The notes beneath the pieces are model-generated. The model worked only from the letters and a program-made list of their open reading frames with translations, did no database searches and was not told the DNA's origin. A stretch of 64,000 nt of DNA from the human T2T-CHM13v2.0 reference genome, Homo sapiens. The position numbers were made by a program, and so were the translations under genes. The stretch lies in NCBI RefSeq assembly GCF_009914755.1, contig NC_060936.1, one strand, 5' to 3'. Positions within the stretch are counted from its first letter, which is position 1. Every line of letters begins with the position of its first letter. Below are positions 52,859-64,000 of this stretch, piece by piece.

Positions 52859-54880
52859 TGCTGTGATCACCTTGTATTATATAATAACACTTTCATTGGC
52901 CATGGGTGAGCTGGGGGGCTGCTGGCAGGAACAATGCTGCACCCCTCACCTGCCCCCTTCTGTGTGGCACAATTATTTGGGTGGTGCTTTGTACCATCTG
53001 AGAATAGCATTTTTGTATTATGTCCAAGAGGAAGAAACACACTTATTTCTACTGAGAGTGGAGTCCTGGATTCTCTAAAGTCCATCACCGTTGTTCCGAA
53101 TCATCGCCATGTAAGGTTTGAAGCTTGAGCACCTTCAGCTGGAGACCCTAAAAGAAAATCTAAGCCTTATTAGCCTTGAGGCTACTAAGGCTGAGACTTA
53201 GAAGGGAGGCAGCTTGGACAAGGAGAGAGATGGTTGACAATGTTTCAAATCCAGTTGGCAACATGGTATACAAAGAGAGTGCAGGGACCATTCATTGAAC
53301 CAAAACACTTGATGAGCTCCTCTGTGGATGAGGTATGGAGAGGCTCAGTGGTCAGTAAAGCACAATGCCTGACCTCAAGGAGCTTTCCATCTCATGGGGC
53401 AACAGACCTGATACTAATGAAATTGGTTCAACCATGAGTTAAAAGGATAATTTTGTGCAGACCCAATACAAGTAGGATTGGTTGAACCACAGACCCAGAG
53501 GGCTGCGGGGGCTCTGTCTTCAAGAGCCAAGGGAGCAACTTTTGAGCTGAATCTCATTCTGAGAGGATTCCAGGTGAAAGGGACAGCCATGTGTTCTAAT
53601 TCATGATCAAAAGTCCAGAGTCAGCAAAGGTCATGTGTTGAATGCTATGTTGGAAGCACCTTTCTCACTGATGTCTGCATTTTATATTTGTAGAAACTGT
53701 GGCTCAGAGAATAGAAATGGCTAAATTGAACAGCACTGGGGGAGGCTCCACAAAGAAGGGGGCAGCTCGATAAAGGAGGGGACATTTGACAAGAGCCTTG
53801 AAAGGTTGTTGCCTGGCAGAGAAGAGGAGGATACCCAGACTCAAGACAAATCACCAAGCAGTGGGAGAGGAATTAGGCAAATAAAAGAGTGCACAAAAGC
53901 CTGGTGCCTATTGCAGGAAATGACTGGCAGGCATGGTTTTTCCAAGGCTACTGTGCCTCTTAGGGACTGACCATGGGCTTGAACCCAGGTCCATGAATCC
54001 CAGTTAGTATACCCACTTGCTACAGTGTTGTAGACACCCTGAACCTGGAATTTGGTTCAGAACACCATCTCTCTTTTAGGGGAGCTCCTTGGCTCCAGCT
54101 CATCTCCTTCCTTCCCTGACCCTGATCCCTCCTTCCACCTTGTTTCCAGACTCTAGGCAATGTGAAATCTGCAATGTCTTTGCTCTGACTCAGTGGTGCC
54201 TTCGATTTCCTAGGATTATGCCTAGGATTTGCTTTGTACACAAAGAAGTCAGAAAGGGATGCCTTCCAAGTCACTGGCACACAACTCTGGCATGTATTAC
54301 ATCAGGCAAGAGAAATGAGCGAACACTCCAGCAAACAGCTATGGCAGAAACCAGATTTCATTTGTAGAGTCATTAGTTGGTATTAACACTGTGTCCTAAT
54401 TGTGTTTTCCTAAGCAGTGGCACAGAACCTTTAATGATTGGAGAGATCTAAAGGAAGGTTTTTATCTCCCAAGGACCATTCTGGTGGGGCATCTGCCTCG
54501 CACAGGATGCCAGCCTACGTGTTTCTGAGGTGAGGTGATGGAATGTTCCCATAATAGTGAGAGCATTAAAAGGTTAGCAAAGCAAATGTCTGCAGGCACC
54601 CTGCTATTCTGCCTTGACACAGACTCTCGGGCACGTGGACTCTTTGCCCTTGTTACAAAAGAACTGAGAAATGGACTTCTTTCTTGGTCAGATTACATTT
54701 TTCACAGCAGTTTGCTAAATGTGTCGGCAAGTGTAGCTCTCCTCCCAGGGATAGAGACCTGCTGGTGATTTGAGAACATTATGGCTTTACGCGATGTTGC
54801 AAGAAATTTCATTTGCCTGAAAGATTCTTGCAAGATTTGGGTTGCAAAGTTCATCAGAACGGGGCTCCTGAGTCCCAAGG

Positions 54881-54901
54881 GTGGCTGTCCATGGTGCTGA
54901 C
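54881..54901 (-). promoter_or_regulatory. REST/NRSF binding site (RE1/NRSE)
   Basis: Minus strand reads GTCAGCACCATGGACAGCCAC, a perfect TCAGCACC-nn-GGACAG core. Confidence 0.85.
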
Positions 54902-55758
54902 CACTGCACTGCCTAAAACCCCAATGATGGCAAATCAGCCTCTCCCAGGGATGTGTACTTTTTTCCTTTTGTTTTTTCCTTCCTAGTTTAGTGAAGACAT
55001 TATGAAGCTTACACTATCACTGAAAAAATAGATACCTTGTTTATGGTTCACAATTTTTTACATGGTGGTTTTTGTGTACTGTTGTTAATTCCGGCAATTT
55101 TTTGTCTCCCAAAGTTAGGAGAATTTTGTGCAGTGCTTTGCTTTATGTTCACTGATACTCCATTCCAACTACTTTTACTGAGGGGAACCCTCAGATGATT
55201 AGGGGACAGTCACATTTGCTGGAATGGACCATGTCTAGTTCCTTCTTTGCTAGACCTGGAGGCTTCTTCTACTTCCCTTTGCTGTAGGTCTGGGAGCCCT
55301 GAATTTCATAATTCATATGGGACCCCATGAGCTCTTCTCTGTAGGGCCAAGGGAATGATAGAAAATATTTCTTCTTCTGCATCATGATGGGAGAGAATTG
55401 GTTTGCTCTTCTCCCCTAAGCAAAATCTAGGCCATTGGACAGGAAAATATTGGGAGCAATGCAGGTTTTGGAATCAGGCATAATGTTTCTATCCCAACTC
55501 TCTCACCTGATGGCTGTATTGACTTTGGCCAAGCCACTCGTTCTTTCTAGGCGTCTGGTGCTTCGTCTATAAAATGAAGACAATCCCAATCTTTCACAAT
55601 TTCTGGGGCCACCGAGTGAGGTAAAGACTAGAAAGCACCTAGCACAGTGCCTGTTACAGAGTAGCTTTTTCCTAATGGAAACTCCCCAATTCACTCCGAG
55701 AAGCACCCAATTCAAGTGATTTGAATTTCCAACAGCCCACAGGAGCCTTTGGTAATGT

Positions 55759-55768
55759 CTAAAAATAG
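55759..55768 (+). promoter_or_regulatory. MEF2 consensus site
   Basis: CTAAAAATAG in unique-looking sequence with nearby TAAT motifs. Confidence 0.35.
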
Positions 55769-58700
55769 CTGGCTTGAATTCTCTTTGGACAGTTAGGCTC
55801 TTTGTGTAATTCAATCTCTCTCTGATTATAGGTAGCTAGGTAGCCATTAACAGCTTCCAGCTCACTGCCTTTCCTCCTCACCAGCATCTTTAATGCAGTG
55901 GAGCTTGGCCTAATTACCCAGGGGTTGGTGGCTTCTTTCAAACCAAGGAGAACTCTTCCACGGCTGCCTCTAAGCTGATGCCTGGTGACATTTACCTCAT
56001 TTTTGTGAAGCTCCAGAACAAAGAGATGATAGGACTTCAGAGACACTTGCAGCTGGTTCCAGGCTGTTCTTCATCTGCCCCCAGCAAAGGGAGTTGATGA
56101 ACAGTTGCTCTGCTTGCTTCTTGCTAGTAAAAAGCCCAAGCTGCTGAGGTCATGTACCATCCCAGCTAGCCTGGCAATGCAGAGCTGACATTGTCAGAAT
56201 GTGGGGCATGGGCTTTTGCAATCCTTGGACTCCCACTGTGGGGCCGAGAGGATTTCTGGAAAATTCAGGTAGCTGGAATGGGGGTCTATGGAGCCCAACT
56301 TGTTAAAATTGGGCAGATCTTCTTCAGGATAGTAGAGATGGGAAACAAGGATGTGATGTCAAACAAGATTGGGGTCAAATCCCAGCTCTGCTCCCTACCA
56401 GCTGTGTGACCTGGAAAAGTAATTGAATCTTGCTAAGTTTCAGGGTCTCTGCCTACAAAATAGGATAATAATATTGTTCACCTCATAGGTTGCTGTGAGG
56501 ATTAACTGAGATATAATACACACAACATACTTAGCACTAATGACATAGAGTAAACAGCTGTTATTACTGCCATCATTGCTATTATATAGAAAGGTTTGAT
56601 CATTAGGAAGATGCCATCCAGGGCTACTGCTGTTGTCATTCATGACTCCAGGGAGTACCATTCACATAGACTATGAGCTGTGAAAAGCAGTGGCCCTGAA
56701 ATCTGTGAAGGATTTTCCTTGTAACTGAAAGTGCTCAAAGATCCAAGGTGTTTTAAGTTGGGTTCCCCCAATACAGGGATGTGAACCTTGACTACCTGGA
56801 AGGTGTTGCCAAGATGCACCCATAGGGGACTAGAAAGGTTAGATGGGGAAGAAAGCTAATACAGGGTCCCTGACAAAGCAGGTCTCTAGTGAGGACAATG
56901 GAAGCTTAACCCCACTGGAGAGCTCTGGGGGATGGTATTGAACAAACCTCAGACGTGTTCCACCTGAGGAGCAGAAAGCTGCTGTATTTTTTTTTCCTCC
57001 AACTCTCATCCATCATTGGCTGAGGGTGGCTCCTGGGGAAATTAACTCCCTGGCAGGCCCAGCCTGTCCCTCACAAGCCCTAAGGCAGAGTCATGGTCAC
57101 TACCAGCCAATAATGGAATGGCAAATGCCAAGAGCAGGCATATTAATGGACTACTGACAGCAAACAGTGCATGGGATCTAGCCACCTTCCACATATTATG
57201 GGCAAGTGATGAAAGGAACAGGAAGTGGCATGGTTTGAGTACTTGTTATGTCTCAGACACTGTTGTAAATGCCATCTCATAGACTTTCACCCCAACTGTG
57301 CAGGGTAGATACAACAATCCTCATGTACAGATGAGAAAAACTGAGGCTCAGCAAAGTGAAGACACCTGCCCAATGGCACACAGCTAAGTAAGCAGCTGAC
57401 CCAGGTCTGTCTGACTTAAAGCCAAGGCCCTTTCCTCGGGACACCAGAGCCTTTTGCAAACAAGAAAGCATCTTTTCACTGCTATGGAAATCCAGAATTC
57501 TTTATACCACAGGAGAGTGTCAGGGAAGCCAAGAGATTCCCTAGCCACTTCCCTTTCATTTTCAGACATAAGAGATGAAAGAGCCTCTCACCCACTGAAG
57601 GGGAGGGCCAGGTGACCCATATTGCAGATGCAGGAAATGAGGGAAGTGGGGAGATTAAATGTCTTGGCTACCGTGTGTATTCTGTGTCCAGATCACCAAG
57701 ACAGTGGAGAGCCACCTGCAGAGAGAGATGGTCTCCAGAGAGCTCCCCAGGTCCCTGGGTGTCGAGCTAAACCCTTCCCTTCCTGGCTTGGAAGGCTCTC
57801 CAACCTTTCCACCGGACATCAGGAAGCCCTCTGTGACTTCACACCGTTTCCTCACAAAGTAAAATAGGCCAGACTTCAGGAATATCTTCCACCCAGGAGA
57901 CTAACTGCTCCTGGAACTGACTTCCCAAACTTATCCCCCTCACTGCACCCCCAGAACACATCTTGCCCAAAGAGGTGCACAGCAGTAGCTTCTAATCCAT
58001 CTCGGGCCCTTTAAGTCCTCTAAAAATTTCACCTTACTTGGTATTCAGAGCATTCAGTTTAGCCCTCCTCTCTAAGCTGGGAGAGTCAGGGACTCATTAG
58101 CAGGTGCTTAAATGTCAAAGGGAGGCCAGTCTCTGCAGAGCTGGATCTACAAAGACTTCCTTCCTCTTCCTACTCTGGCCTCCTAATATCTAGGCAGGCT
58201 GGAAGAAATCACATGGAGAAATGCCAGCCTAGGGATTCCACATGGCTCTCCCCCTCTTTTCAGTCTAAGGACAGCTGGCAAGCAGACGGACCTTTGACTG
58301 CCCCCTCTCTAGTACCTGCAGCTCACAAAGTTTATCCATGTCCATCTCTGAATGATCCACCCAATATTTATGCCCCCATTTTAGAGATGAGAACATTAAG
58401 ACTCTGAAATGAGAGGAAACTTGCCCATGGTCAAAGACAAAGAAGGGCAGAGGTGCCAGTGGGTGCCATGTGAAGGAGAGTTCCCCATTTTACAGCTGAA
58501 GATGCTGAGTTCCAGAGAGGAGAAACAGAGTCGGGATTAGAGCTCGTGTTTCCTAGTTGCTAAGTCTTCTGTTCCTCAGCCAGGATGGCTCATCCTGAGC
58601 CTGTCAGTCCAGGGAAATGCCATGGCTCTCTGGTGTGGTGCCAGAATGGAAGGCCTCTCCTAGGGCTCTGGGCTAGGGTGGGTCCCCTGAAGCTCATCTG

Positions 58701-59337
58701 GAGATGCATGTTAATGTGACCCATCAGTGGACTGAGCCCAAAGGATGGGTGCCCAGCTTGGGGGCAGGGGAGAGGGCACAGCGCTTGGCCAAGGAAGCCT
58801 AGAGGAAGATGCATGTGTGCCACCCACAGGCCCTGAGTGATGCCCCAGTGCCTTCAATTATTTGGGGCCATGCTCTTAGAGGATGCAAGGGTGACTCCTG
58901 AGGGTGAAGGACCCCAAAGACCACCCTGGGCTTGCTTCAGCTTTCACATACCCACAGTCAGACATGCACACTCCCATACGGAGATGACTTGTATATGAGG
59001 TCCACTGTGATGCAAACAACCGGGACAGACACCAGCAGTGTCCCTGGCTGTGGGCACCAGGTGCAAGGGTCCCCAGTGCTCTTGGCATCCTGAGAAAAGA
59101 CTCCACCTGGGCTGGGCTCCATCAGAGGGACCTACCCATCAAGTTACTCTCTCTTCTTATGATGCATTTCCCCTTGCACTGGGGAAATAAGTATTTTTAT
59201 CTGAACCTAGGTGCCAGCTGTTGAGGGGATGGTTGGGAAATGTCAAACCCCTGGTGGCATTGAGCTGGGCTCATGAGGGACTGGCTGAAGCCCAGCCTCA
59301 TCCTCTACTAGAAGAGGAGCCCTCTTCTCAGCCAGCT

Positions 59338-59352
59338 GGTTGCCAGGCAACC
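59338..59352. promoter_or_regulatory. RFX X-box palindrome
   Basis: GGTTGCC-A-GGCAACC. Confidence 0.6.
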
Positions 59353-60758
59353 CAGAGAGAGCCCGTGGGATTATTGTCTCCACGTGCATAAACACCTTAT
59401 GGTAAGACTTGCCCTCCTAGAGGTTGATTTGATGCACAACCACACAAGTTATCTACAGAAGTGCAAAGTCAAATGCACAGGGCCATAGACTCCTATGTTC
59501 CCCCATAGACAGACCCACTATGTGCAGATGAGCACGGTCCACAGGATCACATTTGCATTCCCAGAGGTCGGCATCCACATGCCCAGACAGGTAGATCTGC
59601 ACTCACACTGGCATGAGCACAGTCACACATACACATGGGAGGCACACATCATCACTCACACCCTTTCATACACAGATGCACACTGTGTGCACAGCAACAG
59701 ATACACATTCAGTGTCATGTCCCACTGCCCAAACAATCTCAGTGCAGCCAGACCCACAACTGCCCTCACACAGCCTCTCCTGCCCCCATTAATGCACAGA
59801 CACACACAAACACACACACATGCACAAACACCACTCACTTCTTCAGACACGACTGTGTCTTCCCAACACACTGCTGTGTTGGGGGCCTCAGACCCCACCA
59901 GGGTAGTGGAACAGGACTCAAGAAAGGACCCACATTACAGGATAAGAGCTGGTGGGCTTGGGATCCCTGCAAGGGTACCCAGGACAACCCCAAAGGGGCC
60001 TCCGTTGGCCCCAACCCCCAAAATACTGTCTGTAGCAACCCTCCAAGCTCTAGGATTTCATGATGGTCCCTCAAATAAGATCCTGGTGGCAGGTTAACAA
60101 TTTGAAGTTGGTTCTAGAGACCCAGGGTCAAGATCTGGACATTTGAGGATGCTTAAAGAATAATCAGACTCCAGTGTCAGGCAACCTCAGAGTGACAGCC
60201 CTGACTTTCTGAGTGATTTGTGGTGAAAAGCAGAGTGGACATGAAGGGTGGGAGAGAGAAAATCAATGTCCCACTGTTGTGAAATGCTAAAGCCAGGGGT
60301 GGCTTTTTAAAAAGAGACAGCCCAGGACAGTGCAAACTTGGAGTACAGACATTCCTAGGTTGGAATCCAGATACTGCCACTTGTCAGCTGTATGGCCTTG
60401 GGCAAGTCACTTCCCCTCTGCACCTGTTTTCTCTTCTTTATAATGGAGAGAATGAGATCTTCCTGCTAAGGGTTAGGAGGGTTCCATCGGATAAGATATA
60501 TCAAGTGTTTACACAATGCCTGGCACTTGATAAATATCAAAGATGTCAGACTAACTCTTGCAAGCTGGGTGACCTGTATCAAGCAGTTTCAGTCCTCTGA
60601 GCCTTGAGTTTCCTCATCTGTAAAAATGGGAAGCCCCATAGGACCAGGGTGAATGGGAGAGTTCAATGAGACCACATGTGTGAACAGCTCAGCCTACTTC
60701 CCATCACATACCACACAACCAGTACATGGTAGCAATAATGATCACAACAATATTACGA

Positions 60759-61056
60759 TTTTTTTAAAGACAAGGTCCCACTCTGTCAACCAGGCTGGAG
60801 TGCGGGGGCATGATCATGGCTCATTGCAGCCTCGACTGCCTGGGCTCAAGCAATTCTTCCATATCAGCCTCCTGAGTAGCTGGGACTACAGTTGTGTGCC
60901 ACCACACATAGCTAATTAAAAATATATATATATATTTGTAGAGATAGGGTCTTGCTGTGTTGCTCAGTCTGGTCTCAAATTCCTGGGCTCAGGGGATCCT
61001 CCTGCTTTGGCCTCCTAAAGTGTTGGGCTTACAGGTGTGACTCACTGCACCCTGCC
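60759..61056 (-). mobile_element. AluJ
   Basis: atcatggctcattgcagcctcgactgcctgggctcaagc. Confidence 0.88.
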
Positions 61057-61492
61057 AACATTATATTAATATAAGCATCTATTCATAATAGTATCATTAT
61101 TATTGGAAGAAGCACAGGCTTTGGAGACACAGAAACCTGGCTTCGATCTCACTCTGTTGTTTGTCAGCTCTGTAACACTGGAAGCCAGCGAGCCTCCCTC
61201 AGCCTCCTCAGTTTTCTCATCTGTGAGATGGAGGTACTCATAGCATCTATCGCCTATGGCTGCTGTGCAGACTGAATGGACCCAGAGTTCCCAGCATGGA
61301 GCCTGGCATCAGCAGGAACTCAGCAAATTCAAGTGGAGTGGAAAGAGGGAGGAAAAGCCAGCATCTGGTTGCCCGGTGACCTGAGTTAGCATCCGGCTAA
61401 CTGAGTTTTCTGGTTAAGTGAGGGTTCATCCACAGTGCTTGGGACTTCCCGCCTCATTGCCATAAATCTTTAGCTCAAATGCCCACTTTCCC

Positions 61493-61758
61493 GGTGGGTG
61501 TGGTGACTCACGCCTGTAATTCCAGCACTTTGGGAGGCTGAGACAAGCAGATCACTTGAGGTCAGGAGTTCCAGACCAGCCTGGCCAACAGGGTTAAACC
61601 CCATCTCTACTAAAAATACAAAAATTGAGCTGGGTGTGGTGGTGCACATCTTTAATCCCAGGTACTCAGGAGGATGAGGCAGGAAAATCACTTGAACCCA
61701 GGAGGTGCAGGTTGCAGGAAGCCAAGATTGCACCACTGCACTCCATCCTCTGGGTGAC
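61493..61758 (+). mobile_element. AluS lacking its 3' end and A-tail
   Basis: The dimer stops at ...tgggtgac and continues into non-Alu sequence. Confidence 0.88.
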
Positions 61759-63072
61759 CTTACAGGGCATCCCTCTCAGCAACCCAGGCCACAAGATGGA
61801 AGACTGTCCAGTGTTTCTTTACAGGGCACTAGTGGCATCTGGATGTGCATGTGCTCATTTAGGAGGTGAAGGGCTGTCCTGTACAGAACAGGCATGCACA
61901 TTTCTGGCCCCAGCCTTTCAAGTGCCAGTGGCCTCAAATCATTGGAGCAGGCGTTCCCACACCTCTTTGAATGTTCTCAGGGTAGTAGGCATGAGAGTTA
62001 CTGCATAGTTTAACTCCCAGTCCTCGTTTATATGTGGGGAAACTGAGGCCTGGAGGGACCACGCAGCAGATCAGCAGCATCCTGACACTATCACCACTAC
62101 CACTGCCACCTGTCTCACCAGGATAAAGCCAGAGACCCAGAAAGCTAAGACAGCAGGAGTCTGGGGGATGCCTTGGAAATTCATCATTTAACCAAATTCC
62201 TAATGTCCTCTTAGTTTTCTTGGCTTGTCACTGCAATGAGCAACTTCAGGCTATCAGGCGCCATGTGGTAGAAAGAATCACTAGGGAGTCTTTGATGGCT
62301 AAAATATAAAATTATCATTCATAAACACCTTCCCCCCACCCTTCTACTCAGGGAGTTATTCCATATCCTCTTCTCTGCACATAAATATAAATATATATGT
62401 GTATGCTAAAAAACGCTTTTACACTCTAGATAGACCCAGACACCGCTACAGAGAGAGACATATGGTTTCTGCAACTTGCTTTGCTTTTTTCCAAAGGCTA
62501 ACACTTTGCTTCTGAGATGAGGCTCAATAAGTTTTTGCAAACGATGGGTCCTTAGATTTGTCTTGCAACCTCTTCTCTCGAAGCCCTGTTTCTCTCATCT
62601 GTAAAATGAGAGTTTACAATGAACCTTGCAGGATTTTCAAGAAGGTGAGATGAGCTGATGTTTCTGAAGTGCTCAGCAGAGCAGATGACACATAATAGGT
62701 ATTCAATAAATGGGGTCTGTTCTTGTGCTGATGGTTTTGATCACACTGTGTTAACAATGCCCTTTGTTATATGTGGATGGCTGTGCTTCTGGAAGGGTAT
62801 ATACAACTCAGAATTTGAGAAACAACCCAATTTTAAATGTATATCACCAGCCTTTCAAAAGATTTAACAGTGGCCACTTAAAATTTTTTTTAATAGAGAT
62901 GGAGGTCTCACTATGTTGGCCAGGTTGGTCTTCAACGCCTGGCCTCAAGCAATCCTCCTGCCTTGGCTTCACTTTTTTTGTCTTTGTTACATAAAAATAC
63001 ATATTCATTGTAGAAAAAAGTTAGAAAAGAGTTTTACAAAGAGATGGAAATAAAAATTACCTATATTCCTAC

Positions 63073-63493
63073 TTGATTGGTCAGAGTTCTCTAGGGAAAC
63101 AGAACCAACAGGATTAAAACCAATAGGATATGTGGATAGATATATTAAGAGATTTATTTTAAGGAAATTGGCTTACGCAATTGCGGGAGCTGGCAAGTCC
63201 GAAATTCATATGGCAGGCCAGCAGACTGGAAACTCAGGCAGCAGTTAATGCTGCGATCTTGAGATGGAATTCCTTCTTCTCCAGGAAGCCTTAGGTTTGC
63301 TTTTAAGTCCCTCAACTGATTGCATGAGGCTCACCCACATTATCAAGGGTCATTTCCTCTACTTAAGGTCAACTAACGGTAGATGTCAATCACATACATA
63401 AAATACCTTCATAGCAACATCTAGACCAATGTTTCACCAAACAACTGGGCACCATGGCCTAGCTAAGTTGACACATAAAATTTATCCTTCACA
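63073..63493 (-). mobile_element. MLT2 (D-like) ERVL LTR
   Basis: gaaacagaaccaacagga...gctggcaagtccgaaat...aagttgacacataaaa. Confidence 0.85.
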
Positions 63494-64000
63494 CCTACTG
63501 TCCAGGGACATCACAGTTATTAAAATGTTGGTATATGTCTCTCTAGAGATTAATTTTTTACAAAATTGATATTTTATAACCTGTAGAATTTTACATTCTC
63601 AGTTTTTATTTAACTTTGTATCTTAAACACATCTTCACCTGGCTAAAATAACCTTTAACACCATTCTTTTCAATGGAATTCCACTTTCAGTAGAATTCCA
63701 TTGTGTGTTGTCATTCCAGACATTATTGGCACAATTATCTCATTGCTAGACACCTAGGTTGTTTCTACTCCTTCACTTGTTAATTTTTAAAATGCTGCAA
63801 TGAACATCCCTATTGATAAATCTTTGCGCACATCTGTACTGGATGCTATAGGCACCCACCCAAGTCCCCTTTCCTGTGGTGACTGTTGGTGGTGATCAAT
63901 GGCTCACAACTGCCCCCTTCTCTGAAAAATAGCCTTGGGCCCAACAGGAGCAAGCAGCCCCTCCCAGGAAGTTACGCCCCAGCCTGGGGGACAGCCCATA

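Noticed and set aside
59495-60097. 200-aa His/Thr-rich ORF
   Set aside because: CA-rich low-complexity intronic sequence is depleted of stop codons; no recognisable domain.
63671-63703. 11-bp inverted repeat CAATGGAATTC/GAATTCCATTG
   Set aside because: A quasi-palindrome in old L1-like sequence; too short for a miRNA or other structured-RNA call.

Overview
Primate (human-like) genomic DNA, mostly intronic and dense in interspersed repeats (Alu, L1, L2, MIR, MaLR/ERV LTRs, hAT DNA transposons). It carries the 5' part of WSCD2 on the + strand. Three coding exons (36040-36421, 46495-46609, 50327-50511) splice in frame into a type II membrane anchor, a stem and a complete 8-Cys WSC domain. The first non-coding exon and the downstream exons are not visible in the window. 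Almost all other ORF-track entries are repeat-derived or chance ORFs. I found no novel multi-gene system. The most notable observations are: (1) an old cytochrome b NUMT inserted into an MLT1 LTR, with an ancestral rather than human-type CYTB sequence; (2) two perfect-core and one near-perfect REST/RE1 sites, two of them inside L2 3' ends; (3) a 551-nt 5'UTR segment with 8 upstream ATGs; (4) three overlapping 5' splice donors at the last visible exon; (5) a ~165-bp local duplication in which one copy has exon-like splice signals. Repeat subfamily names and boundaries were read by eye and are approximate. Exon numbering and reference-protein comparisons rely on recall.
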